From Nemertoderma westbladi (lineage: Eukaryota > Animalia > Xenacoelomorpha): a stretch of DNA of 64,000 bases. Below are positions 22,060 through 33,524 of this stretch, piece after piece; positions within the stretch are counted from its first letter, which is position 1; the number at the start of each line of letters is the position of its first letter. Where the stretch lies: positions 62,001 to 126,000 of the forward strand of contig JAUCBJ010009143.1 in NCBI GenBank assembly GCA_032718475.1, read 5' to 3'. The notes under the pieces were generated by a model that was given only the letters and a program-made list of their open reading frames with translations, had not been told where the DNA came from and made no database searches. The translations under genes and the position numbers were made by a program.

Positions 22060-22069
22060 TCGGGCGCCA
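22060..22069 (-). promoter_or_regulatory. Primer binding site of element B (tRNA-Lys type)
   Basis: TGGCGCCCGA directly after the 5' LTR on the minus strand; same first 10 nt as the tRNA-Lys(UUU) PBS TGGCGCCCGAACAGGGAC. Confidence 0.85.
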
Positions 22070-22521
22070 TGTCATGAACGGGATGAATGTATATTCTTCT
22101 GATTGTTGAACCGCCCATGAACAGTTTAAAAAAACACAATATTATGATTACATATTTCTCTAATTTAATAATTAACTAACTAATTACAAAAATGACACAT
22201 ATTACAACGACAATTAGCAACTGGTTTTACCATCACCGCACCAACACTCTATGTATACTCCTATTATTGTAGCAATACTAATTGACCCTTTTAATTAGGA
22301 CGAACAGCAGGGGCATGTCTTCCAAACGATGAGGTAATTCTAGCGTTGTACAAACAATAGTTAATAATATAGACGATACTGTATGTATATCAATGATATA
22401 ATGTATGAGTTGATGTCAATGAACCCCTGCTGTTGCCAACTACTGTACTATGCACATTAACATTAAATCATTAACGAAAACAAACTTTATTTCCCTACTT
22501 GAATATATATATTTTATGACA
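22070..22521 (-). repeat. 5' LTR of element B (452 bp)
   Basis: Direct repeat of 15390-15842, followed on the minus strand by the PBS. Confidence 0.97.
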
Positions 22522-24078
22522 CTAATAAGTTCTCGTCTAACCAATAAGACACAAAGACTGCTCTACTGTTAAGTAAAGGGGATCAGGAGCGTGATATTAC
22601 TAAATTGTAAAGGTTGCTAAATACAAAACCGCTACTTACCGTTGGATGGCGCTAATCTGCCGTCCACTAATATAATTTACTAAATTTACACGGCTCCTGC
22701 AAAATCGCTTGTTCCTTTCTCTACCGATTGCTCGACAGAGAGCTAACTGTTCGAATCTATGAGCCACGCGGGAATAACCAAAACAATAAACCCGAGTCGG
22801 CTCCCTAAGCTTACTTAAGACGAGTACGAGAGGCTTTGCACTCAGAGTATTCTTACGCCTAATTTTATCACTATTAAAGCACGCTATTTGCCTACGCCTT
22901 CTCTAATCGCGAATACTGGGGGTTCCCTAACAGAATGTATGAATGCGAGAATATTTAAATTATCAAAATGGTACAGTATTTGTTTCTACGTGGATAATAC
23001 CACACTGGGTCTAAACTTGCCTGCCGCTGGCTTTAGGCCAGCAAATTACTAGCGTATTGTGCGTACTGAATAGTGCGATCTAGCTGATTGCCCGCTAATG
23101 CAAATAACCGCTCAGCGTGAATAGTTTACAGTACTCTAATTATTACCTTAGCTACTCTCCGCTATGCTGCGTACTAATTCTTAATTTTACTAATCAATTA
23201 CAGTCACAAATATGTAACAGCGTACTAATTACTAAGAGTTCCAGAATGCGTAATTCTAATTTATTACGCAACAGGTTTCGCTAGTAATAGCCTAAATTGC
23301 CGTATTACTTTGACCTAATCAGTAATTATTTGTTGTAACTAAGAAATAGAAATCAATCAAAGAGAAAAGGGCGCCTACCTAAACATTCATAATCATAGGC
23401 ACACTTCAGTAACACACCAATCAGCGTCAGCAATCACAGTTCGCAATTATGCAGTTAACTACTGTATAGCCCACAGTTGTGCGATTCACTATTCGTACTC
23501 CACACTCTACGCTGTAATACGCGCAGGCCTCTCCCGGATACATCTAGGTTTCCTAACTAACCCGATTCCTGCCCCCCTAATACTAAATAGAGACGAAACC
23601 TGGATCATCAGCCCCCTAGTTACTGTACCGGCGAATGGTCTGCGTACTACAGTGTGAAATGCCCGACCGCAACAGCGACCCCCAGCCAGCGTTGCCCGCC
23701 TTTGAATCCTCCGCTCTCCCTTAGTCGCTCAACCCCCTGATGTGCCCACCGCCTACTGGCACCTTAGCCCTCCATTATGCTAATAGCTACCGTAGCGGCG
23801 CATGCAAAATCACAAGTCTGACAGTCTCAGAAATCCCGTAGGATTATTGCGTAGAAAGGAATCACATAGAACCATTAACAAAAAAGGTAGAAATCATAGT
23901 TCCGGTTGTAATTAGCAGTAATCGACAGGATTAATTGAGAAACGCAATCAAGAATAATCGCACTAGCAAATCATGTAGAGAAATTAATCAAAATAGAAAA
24001 TTGCAGAAATACGCTAAATTATACTTCTAACTGCAGGGTGGGGAATAAGGATTGGGTAAGGTATAAGGTAAGGTTAAG

Positions 24079-24168
24079 GAATGGTACAGCTCTACCGGCA
24101 AACCGCCAATTTATAGGTGATCCGAGTGGGGTGATGCAATAGGGTGACTCAATCGCTCTCTTATTGGC
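24079..24168 (-). promoter_or_regulatory. Candidate Pol II promoter of element A (CCAAT - TATAAA - initiator-like)
   Basis: Minus strand GCCAATAA (24168-24161), TATAAA (24115-24110) and CCATTC (24084-24079) at roughly canonical spacing; motif inference only. Confidence 0.4.
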
Positions 24169-24541
24169 TCTCCAGTCCGCGCTAGCATTAGACCAACCTG
24201 GAAGCAGTTAGTCCAATAAGGAGGCCGGATTGTAGCCCTATCGCTCTCCAACCCTTCAAATTATTACCATATATGGTAATGGATCATGTCCCTGGCTGCG
24301 GAATGGTCAGGATAGCGTCCCTATATGCTAGCCCTATTGAAGCTAATAACAGCAAGCACAAAATCCAGGGTCCGACTGAACTTGCTACCCTGGAACTATC
24401 TACCTATATCCTAATACAAAATTACGTAGGTAGGGCTACATACTTATACAAAATGGATGAATTCAAAATATGTGGGCGTTTTGATTTCCCTATCTAAATA
24501 TCACCTCGCTATTATGCCTTATCTAAAATATTATGCTGCAC

Positions 24542-24603
24542 AACGGACTAATATTGCGTACAGTATAACGGACTAATATTGCGTACAGTATAACGGACTA
24601 ATA
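24542..24603. repeat. 25-bp tandem repeat (2.5 copies) at the junction of A and the LINE fragment
   Basis: aacggactaatattgcgtacagtat x2 plus aacggactaata. Confidence 0.9.
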
Positions 24604-24639
24604 TATTATACTGCATAATGGCTAATAATGTGGATACAG

Positions 24640-25170
24640 CGCCATATACTGTAACAGGAGAATTAGATAGATCGTCGTCGAAGTTTAAATTACAATGGGT
24701 AGACGAATCACCAAATATATCGTCATCATCACTATTAACATATCCAAAAGGAAACAGTTCCAAATAACAGTAAATGCACCACAGACCACCCACCAACCGT
24801 GCTCAAATAGGTATCCACCTCGCTTTGGGTGAGACATGTGCCACATTGTGAGTGATATGTGAAGCCACAAAGCTCACAATGCAATTTACAATCTGAATTA
24901 GTGAACACAGAGAAGCAAAAATCACAGTGAAGATTGTCCATAGCGTTAGTTTAGTAGATTTGAGTAGGGTAGGCGGTAGGGGTAGAGAGAGAGAGTGAGG
25001 GGTGGGGGTGGGGGGTAGTTTTTTTGTAGTCGTCGGATCAAATAAGTGAACGGGGACACTCCGTAGACAATTAGTGTTGTTTACCGGAGAATCTACAGCA
25101 CTAGACAGAAGTAATACAATAATTAAAATGCCCAATACCAATATCCCAACCATACATTATCCTAACAAAG
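24640..25170 (-). pseudogene. Fragment of a second, related LINE: start of ORF2 (PHD-like finger), frameshifted
   Basis: MDNLHCDFC...LHCELCGFTYHSQCG followed in another frame by WCIYCYLELFPFG...DDDIFGD; aligns by eye to CGFC...FHCPLCGLSFHFQCG...WCFHCLHETFPFS...DLDIFYD of ORF2 at 4912-8232. Confidence 0.75.
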
Positions 25171-25171
25171 T

Positions 25172-25324
25172 ATTGTAGCTTAGTTCCACCAACGTATGAA
25201 AAGAAAACTAGTTCAACCAAAACATTGTAGCTTAGTTCAACCAACGTATGAAAAGAAAACTAGTTCAACCAAAACATTGTAGCTTAGTTCAACCAACGTA
25301 TAAAACACTAGTTCAACCAACGTA
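25172..25324. repeat. 48-bp tandem repeat, short left array (about 3 units)
   Basis: Same unit and orientation as 29925-30941. Confidence 0.9.
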
Positions 25325-25327
25325 AGT

Positions 25328-28300
25328 TTCGGCCGAGAAATTTATTGAGGAGGCTTGGGTCAGGGCCTCGGCGCGCAAACCATCGCGAGCGCTAAGGACT
25401 GACACCGAGTCAAGCGATGAAGAGGAAGACATGAGACGTCAGAAGTCCCGAAACTATAAGGAAAGAAGGACGGACGCGGAGCAGGTAAGTGTGAACCACC
25501 GGGAAAGGACCAGACTTTACAACCCTGCGGAACTAAACCATTTGTTAACCCGGAACGACGCAACCCTTAGGGACATAGGTAAGTTTGCTGCTAGGCAAGG
25601 ACTGCCGACGCAACAACCCCAGAAGTTTATGGGTAACCATAAGCACTGGAGGACCTTTAAAACCTATGTCGACGAGCAGCTAACCAACAGCACCTTTACT
25701 CCCAACGAGAAGTTCAACTATTTGCTTCAGATGCTCCATCGAGAACCTAGAGCCATTGCTGACAACTTCGTCGGCAATGAAAGAGCATTCGAGTTAGCGA
25801 TGAAGACGCTTAGCGACATCTACGGGAATAAAACCAAGATGGCACAGTCGATAGTAGAAGACTTGGGTAAGGGCGGAAGGATTAGAACTCCATTAGAGCT
25901 GTTGAACTTAGCGAACGCTATTTCGAACGCATTGGACATCTTGAAGACGGTGAATCTACCTCATCATGGTGATCACGCCGAAGTCTTAAAGAGCGTAATA
26001 AGACGTCTAAACATGCGTTACCGACAGAAATGGCGCAAATTAGAGAATAAGTTGGAGGGCCAAGGTAAAGTATTGACACTTCAGCATATTCATGACATGA
26101 TAGCCACAGACGCAGTAGCAGAGATGAAATCAAACTTCTCAGAGGAGAATATGAGGGAGTCTAAACCTGTTACCGGTAAGTCTATGGTAAGTTTTGACGA
26201 TGACAGGACCACTGTGACTTATAACTCAGTAGACAGATATAATTCGAGTACCCCAGCCTTTAGATCAGACTCGCGAGTATGGTCAGGTGAGCGGTTAGAT
26301 AGACCTAGGTTAAAGCAACAGGAGTTGCCGGATGGATTTGTAGGTTGCCAATACTGTTTACTAAAGGAGGTAAGATCTGACGACCATAAGTTAGATAGTT
26401 GCAGACGGTTCAAAGAATTAAATTCGGAACAGAGAAGAGTTCAAGTGCGGACGTTGGACACCTGTTGGGCATGTCTTGCGCCAGGCCATGTACGGCGGCA
26501 GTGCCCGAACAGCAAGGACGGATGCATGGAATGCGGCAGACTACATCACAAGTTGCTACATGCGGATTTCCACACCCCAACGGACCGTTACTTACAGCGA
26601 AATCCTCACAGGAAGGGGAGCAAAGAACCCATATCGATAAGGAGGAATACGTATACCGGCATTCAGGACGATGGTTACCAACCAGGTTCGTCGGACGAGG
26701 ATGGCGAGTCGAGCGCGAGAGAAGTGACCTGCCAAGGTTTCACCGCGGATAGTTCATCGACCAGCGCGCGGACGTATTTATCATCGGCCACGTCGGAAAT
26801 ATTTAGCGTGATTCCGGTGAAACTCACTGGCGATAAGGGATCGAAGCGAATATATGTGATGTTGGACACTGCGTCCACATTATCATATATCGACGAGGAA
26901 GTGGCGAGAGCTGTTTCTAGCTTCCAGGATGCCGAGGAGATCCAAATAGAGTTGAAGTCTATGCACGGGGTAGGTGACCTCAAGGGACACAGAATTTCGG
27001 TGGAACTAGACTCCCTACTTCCGAGAGACCAGCATACTCGACAAGAACGGAAAGCTTTGCCATTGGACGGATTTAAGTGTCTAGCTATGAAGGGATTCGG
27101 CAGGCAGTTAGGTAAGGTGCCGCCGATGAGTCCCATAGCACAGGAGTATTTTGACAAGCTCAGAATACCCAGACATCAGGTAGGTTATAGGAATGTTTCT
27201 ATGTTGATTGGTGCAGAACAGCTGATCGCACACCAGATATGGGAAACGAGACCAGCTGAGCCGTATGTCAATGGACCACATGCCCATAGGACTATATTAG
27301 GTTGGTATACAAGAGTACCCATGTCTTATGAGTTTACAGGTGGCGACAAGCCAATAGACAGATACGATGAATTACAGCCTATAACTCAACCACCGTTAGT
27401 AGAACCACCAGACATAGACGAGTTTAGGAGAACCTGTATTGACCACTATAGTGACTTTAGCGAGTCAGACGAGGAGTTGATTCCCGATAATGTTAGGTTG
27501 TCGGAACCACTTCATAACGACCGGACAGATAGTGAACCCGAGGACTACTGTTATCAGACCCGTGGGTCTGGTTCAGCGGCCCACGCTACTTATCTGAGTA
27601 ACGTTTTGACTTGTACCAACATAGTGGAGGGTCAAGTGGCTAAATATCGAGACCTAGACATTTTCCAATACAGTGAGGAGGAGCTATAGAAGGAATTGAT
27701 ACGCCAGGACCTCGAGACAGGAGCTAGAACCGTCGAATGGCTGGATAGGGACGCAATGGAACCCGGTGGATATGACCTAGCCATGTCCACTGATGAGAAA
27801 CGGTCGCTGGAGATGATGGAAGATACCATACGTCTGCTGCCGACTGGACATTTTGAAGTTGGAATGTTGTGGCGTCGACAACCACCTAAGTTGGAGAACA
27901 ACTATAACTTAGCCTTGAAAAGATTGAACGGAGTAAGGGCTCGGTTGTTGAAGAATCCGGACATTAGGGAGAAGTATTGCGCCCAGATCAACAACTATTT
28001 CGCCAAGGGATTTGCTGGGAAGGTAGAGGACCCTGACTTAGTGACAGACCAGACTTATTACCTTCCACACCACTATGTGACTCACCCTGACAAGCCAGAC
28101 AAAGTCCGAGTAGTCAACGACTGTGCAGCAGTCTATAGAGGTATGTCCCTGAATTCAGAGTTGATGGATGGTCCCAACCTGAACAATTATTTGATTGGAA
28201 TACTGTTGCGTTTTAGACAGCGGCGATTCGCATTTACTTGTGACATCGAGGCGATGTTCCACCAGGTAAGAGCCTGTAAGGCAGACCAGGATAGCCTTCG

Positions 28301-29488
28301 ATTTCTCTGGTTTGAGAATGAAGACTTATCCGGCCCAGTGGTTACATACCAGATGTACGTTAGGATATTTGGCGCCCGCGATAGTCCAAACGGCACGCTG
28401 TTTGTTCTAAAGAAAACGGCAACAGCCCAGATTGGTAAGTATCCAGTAGAGGTAATCGAGTCTATATTGAGAAACTTCTATATGGACGACGGATTGGTGT
28501 CTAAGGACACGGCGGAACAAGCCATAGAAGTGGCTCACGGCCTGCAAGAGTGCTTGGCTACAGGGGGATTTCCTCTGAACAAGTTCACTACGAACTCGGA
28601 GGCCCTGTTAGAGTCGTTCCCGGTAAAGGATCGCGGGAGCGGAGACATAGAATTGGGGGTAGAACCAATCCCCATGGCGCGAGTACTGGGACTCGCTTGG
28701 AACCCGAACTCAGATAAGTTCCAGGTAAGAGTTAGATTTGAGCCCAGTAGCCCAGACAAAGTTTTGACAAAGAGGATTTGCTTATCGACATTAAGTAGAC
28801 TATTTGACCCGATGAACTTTATCAGTCCGGTTATATTACAGGCACGAGCGTGCATGAGGAAAATTTGGTTGTCCGACCTAGAGTGGGACGAACCAATATC
28901 TCCTATACATGCAAAGCAGTGGAGGGAGTGGGAAGCCGAGTTGCATCTATTGAAAAATATAGATGTACCCCGATCCTACTTTCCGAATCAGCTGGTATTT
29001 CCAGCTGATCTCGAACTGCATCTGTTTAGTGACGCAAGTGACACCGGCTTTGGTATGGTAGCCTACCTTCGCCGAGAGGTAAGTCAGGACAAATTTGAGA
29101 CGGCTTTTGTGACTTCTAGATCAAAGACAATGCCGGTCAAATATATGACTGTCCCTCGTGCAGAGTTACAGGCGGCTGTAGTCTCAGTCGAGGTAAGTAA
29201 GCAGATAACTGAGGAGTTAGATACGACATTGACCTTATTCTATTGGACGGACGCATCCTTAGTGTTAGTGTACATTGCGGCCGACAATATTGCACTAAAG
29301 ACATTTGTGGCCAATAGACGCGCTCAGATCGTTGACTTTTCGACGAAGGAACAATGGAGACATTGTCCGGGAGTGTTAAACCCGGCCGACATAACTTCGA
29401 GAGGTGCAATGCCGGCGGAATTCTGTCAGGAAGAGTCGCAGGAGTTTTGGTTGCATGGACCTGATTTTCTAACAAGGACACAGGAACA
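25328..29488 (+). mobile_element. A': inverted internal fragment of BEL/Pao family A (gag core to RNase H), without the LINE
   Basis: Near-identical to the reverse complement of 11771-9699 + AG + 4208-2123 (both 4161 bp). Confidence 0.95.
25431..29488 (+). pseudogene. gag-pol: Truncated gag-pol of A' with nonsense codon at 27687-27689
   Basis: ORFs 25431-27689 and 27696-29543 are in frame; TAG where A has CAG; YMDD intact; sequence breaks off after FLTRTQE. Confidence 0.92.
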
Positions 29489-29924
29489 GACTTCAGCGGA
29501 AAGCGACCTCCGAGACCCATTACGCCGACCGTTACGACATTAGATCCGTATACGGAGATTAAACCCTGTTCGACACCCAGTTTGATAGAGACGGCAGCGG
29601 CCATTTCGCTGTACCGAGCCTACAAGGATCTAGAGGCGCGGCGCGAAGCGGCACGGGACTCGGGTACCAAACCCGCGGGTTTGGAGCTCTCGAGTCCCTG
29701 GACTACGTTTACTTTGCCTCACCGAGTGAGAAGCCTCACGCCTAAGCATCAGGACGACATAGACGCGTTGCGGCAGGAGGAGCGAGCGGCGAAGGCGAAA
29801 GAGTTATTTGAGAATAGGATAGCGGAGTATAATAAGGCCGCGGATAGGCATCAAGAGGAGACGAGGAGAGTGACCGGATTTGTTCCACAGGTCGTATCTC
29901 AACCCCGACCGGTGTATTATTCTT
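29489..29924 (+). other. Orphan coding-like segment fused to A'
   Basis: One frame open across all 436 bp (DFSGKRPPRPITP...SLYRAYKDLEARRE...ELFENRIAEYNKAADRHQEE...); no match elsewhere in the window; out of frame with pol. Confidence 0.5.
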
Positions 29925-30941
29925 ACCAAAACATTGTAGCTTAGTTCAACCAACGTATAAAAAACTAGTTTAACCAAAACATTGTAGCTTAGTTCAACCA
30001 ACGTATAAAAAACTAGTTCAACCAAAACATTGTAGCTTAGTTCAACCAACGTATGAAAAGAAAACTAGTTCAACCAAAACATTGTAGCTTAGTTCAACCA
30101 ACGTATAAAAAACTAGTTCAACCAAAACATTGCAGCTTAGTTCAACCAACGTATAAAAAACTAGTTCAACCAAAACATTGTAGCTTAGTTCAACCAACGT
30201 ATGAAAAGAAAACTAGTACAACCAAAACATTGTAGCTTAGTTCAACCAACGTATAAAAAACTAGTTCAACCAAAACATTGTAGCTTAGTTCAACCAACGT
30301 ATGAAAACTAGTTCAACCAAAACATTGTAGCTTAGTTCAACCAACGTACATAAAACTAGTTCAACCAAAACATTGTAGCTTAGTTCAACCAACGTATAAA
30401 AAACTAGTTCAACCAAAACATTGTAGCTTAGTTCAACCAACGTATAAAAAACTAATTCAACCAAAACATTGTAGCTTAGTTCAACCAACGTATAAAAAAC
30501 TAGTTCAACCAAAACATTGTAGCTTAGTTCAACCAACGTATAAAAAACTAGTTCAACCAAAACATTGTAGTTTAATTCAACCAACGTATAAAAAACTAGT
30601 TCAACCAAAACATTGTAGCTTAGTTCAACCAACGTATAAAAAACTAGTTCAACCAAAACATTGTAGCTTAGTTCAACCAACGTATAAAAAACTAGTTCAA
30701 CCAAAACATTGTAGCTTAGTTCAACCAACGTATAAAAAACTAGTTCAACCAAAACATTGTAGCTTAGTTCAACAAACGTATGAAAACTAGTTCAACCAAA
30801 ACATTGTAGCTTAGTTCAACCAACGTACATAAAACTAGTTCAACCAAAACATTGTAGCTTAGTTCAACCAACGTATAAAAAACTAGTTCAACCAAAACAT
30901 TGTAGCTTAGTTCAACCAACGTATAAAAAACTAGTTCAACC
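29925..30941. repeat. 48-bp tandem repeat array (about 21 units; two 24-bp subunits sharing tagttcaaccaa)
   Basis: Unit aaaacattgtagcttagttcaaccaacgtataaaaaactagttcaacc; 16-aa periodicity in the spurious ORF 30285-30752. Confidence 0.97.
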
Positions 30942-31804
30942 TGTTCGCGCTTTCAGACCTTTGGCAGTTTAACCCACCAAATTAAGATGTCTTCTAGATA
31001 TTAAATCTGCTTTTAGTCTATGACAAGTATTTGATTTACTACACTAGTCGAAACCAATCCGTGCGCGACCATTCACCCGCTGGATATTCCCGGGAGATTG
31101 GGTTCGACGGTTTAATTTTTATTGCTATGTAAGCCTAATGTATTATTCGACTGACAGTATTATATAATCTCTGACAATATTATTCACCTTCGGTAATATT
31201 AACAGTTCCTTTAGGACGTGGCGCTTTATCTATATAAACAGAGTTATGACTTAAACTACTCACAACGATATGGCTTAATTATAATTCACATATATGGCGC
31301 ATTCTTTAGGAATTGCTTCTTTAACAGACTCACTCATACACAATGCTGCACAATACTGCATACTAATCTGCCAATCTTCACTGATTTTAGTCACATATAA
31401 AAGGAACACAGGCTGACTCATGTAGGGTCTATCAAATAACATTAGATTCACTTCAAACCACTTTAACATAAGTCACAATCGTTATTGGTAACCTTTCTCT
31501 CTTACCTTCGGTATATCAAGAATATTGGGTTACGGGGTTATTTATCGTTATTCCAAATATAATAATCCATCAACCATATTATGAAGAACTGACAGTAAAT
31601 AGCAGTATAAAACAACAACTGAACAGTTAGGTAGATCGGTACGTCAGTACCGGTATGTCAGCAGGTAGTCGTTTGTTGCGGTCCGTTAAAGGATATATGC
31701 CCTTTATAATTAAACCTACTAGTGTACGACTAAAAAGCAGTACAGCACAAAATACTTCCAAGCCGTTCTTTCTTTGGCTGAAGACTGAATGTAAACACTG
31801 CACA
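30942..31804 (-). repeat. 3' LTR of C, portion shared with the 5' LTR remnant
   Basis: Direct repeat of 45408-46270; one substitution seen (31024 c vs 45490 t). Confidence 0.95.
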
Positions 31805-33218
31805 TAGGCATTGCGTCATTTCTCGGAAATTTTCTGTACAAGGAGCCACAAAAACGCTCTCATTGGCTGACTGAACTGAGAGACGCCGTAGAACAAAGGA
31901 AATCAACACGTATGAATGTCAGCTGTTAACCGTAGTCATAGTAACTACTGTTCAAGAGTAGCTATCACCCCTTTGCGTCACGAATTGCCATAGAATCATA
32001 AAATATGCCTTTCACAGTACACATACGGAGGAAATAGGTCTTAGATCCTCTAAAAACACCGATACAGCAATAATACGGTCTCTTACACTTATTAAATCAA
32101 CTACAGAGTATTTTAATGTAAAAGATAATAAAAATAACGGGGCAATTCAGCAAAGGCTTTTACACCGCTCCCAGAAAATGGGATTTTCAGTCTATAAAAT
32201 ATAAAAATCACAGTTTCTAAAACATAAAGATACTCTAAACAGTTAGTCTTTCTTACGCAGACGGCGTTTACGCAGTTTTTTGAGGCTAGCAAGAGTCTTT
32301 TTCTCTTTGGGGGGAGCCACTTTACTAGGAGGGCCATAACTCCTGGGTGAAGGGTGCAATATGATTGCATCAGAAGGTGTAGGATTGTGGTCGAGGTATC
32401 TGCCGTTTCGATATGCTTCTCCTCGAGCTGATTTTCCTCCGCTCGTAGCTGGATACGTTCATCCAAAAACTCTCGCAGAGAATAGGATCGTCCAAGTTCG
32501 ATAACTTCTTAGAGATTCTGGATTTCCCAATCGAATTGAGATAAGGCCAATTCGTTTATCGATTGGACTCACTGTTATAACTTACGTTTATCTGAACAAA
32601 CGCAGGTTTCCCTTTTGATCTTTATAAAATAGCGTTTAACTCGTTTCATACAACGCTCTCCTTCACCTTGATGAGGGGTTGTATCGCGTTAAACGTGGAC
32701 GACCATACGGTTGGATAGTGATATTAGGTGTCCGCGTCACAATCCGGCTAGGTAAGATGGGCGGCTAGCTAGAAATCACTGTCGGAGTGTTACCGATTAA
32801 TTGTTAGGGTAGCACTAGATCTTTGAACAGTGAATACAGTCCGCGAGGATCCGCGACACCACCAAGATCGCAGGTCTGAGGTCCAACTAAGGAATGAGGA
32901 GGTTTGACCGAGTATTCCGGGACTCTGATCGTAGGTTTACTCCAGGATCGTTCGAGCCGAGTGAGCATAGGTGATACGTCAACAAGTTTCGGTTTACGTG
33001 GATGTTTATGTCTTTCCGTTTATTAGTTGGGTCTAGGGCATTTATCGTAATAATACCAAAGACGCACGTCTGGTAGGGTAAACGCGGGTGATATTTGTTG
33101 TTACAATGCTTCTATCAAGAATTCCAAATATACGTTGGAGTTACCGCGTCCATTTGTTTCTTAAGTGTCTTTTCTTTAGAGTCGATTTCGAATAGAATTT
33201 TCGCATTCGAATTTCAGT

Positions 33219-33524
33219 TTATGGTTCCGACTCCGCTGGGCAGGATATATAGTCGACATAGTCCGTATTGTGTAAATCGATAGGATGACCAGTAGTTAAG
33301 AAGCCCATATACGTACCATTACGCTGCGTATATCGAGCAGCGAATTTTCTATAGTCCAACTCACGCGTGAGCTGCTCTTGGGACATTGGCGGTTCGTTAT
33401 AACGACCATCGTCCTCCGCAGCAGTTGGACTAACGTCGCCGCGTATTAAGCTATCAACAAACGCTTGTAAAAGTAGAGTATATCGCTCCCCGATACCAAG
33501 ACCATCTTCTATCAACTCCGTCAT
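33219..33524 (-). CDS. Hypothetical about 100-aa protein in the 3' region/LTR of C
   Basis: MTELIEDGLGIGERYTLLLQAFVDSLIRG...; GC-richer, protein-like composition; no recognised motif. Confidence 0.25.
   Translation of the reverse strand: MTELIEDGLGIGERYTLLLQAFVDSLIRGDVSPTAAEDDGRYNEPPMSQEQLTRELDYRKFAARYTQRNGTYMGFLTTGHPIDLHNTDYVDYISCPAESEP

Larger units (their letters stand above)
15390..22521 (-). mobile_element. Full-length, apparently intact BEL/Pao LTR retrotransposon B nested in the leader of A
   Basis: Two LTRs with TGTCAT...ATGACA termini; 5-bp target site duplication CTAAT at 15385-15389 and 22522-22526; PBS and PPT present; single 1901-aa ORF. Confidence 0.97.
1..24541 (-). mobile_element. 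BEL/Pao LTR retrotransposon A (disrupted; hosts a LINE and element B; 3' LTR runs off the left edge, 5' LTR apparently truncated)
   Basis: Gag-PR-RT-RNaseH-IN order across ORFs 12624-14141, 9665-12853, 3130-4134 and 157-3129. BEL-type triple Cys-His knuckles, RNase H FSDAS and integrase DCFGP...SDKGTNF...WERLV motifs. Right boundary is approximate (junction with a 25-bp tandem repeat). Confidence 0.9.

Noticed and set aside
23591-23611. GACGAAAC and TCATCAG close together, suggestive of a hammerhead
   Set aside because: The two core motifs lie on opposite strands, so they cannot form one ribozyme.
24967-25015. G-quadruplex-capable tract
   Set aside because: Real G-runs, but in a dead LINE fragment with nothing to indicate function.
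24803-25153. 116-aa ORF with a hydrophobic, signal-like N-terminus
   Set aside because: Low-complexity purine/pyrimidine tract overlapping the LINE fragment; no support as a host gene.
29925-30941. CRISPR-like appearance, and ORFs 29804-30049, 30053-30235 and 30285-30752
   Set aside because: No unique spacers and no cas genes, in a eukaryotic context; the ORFs just reflect the 48-bp period.
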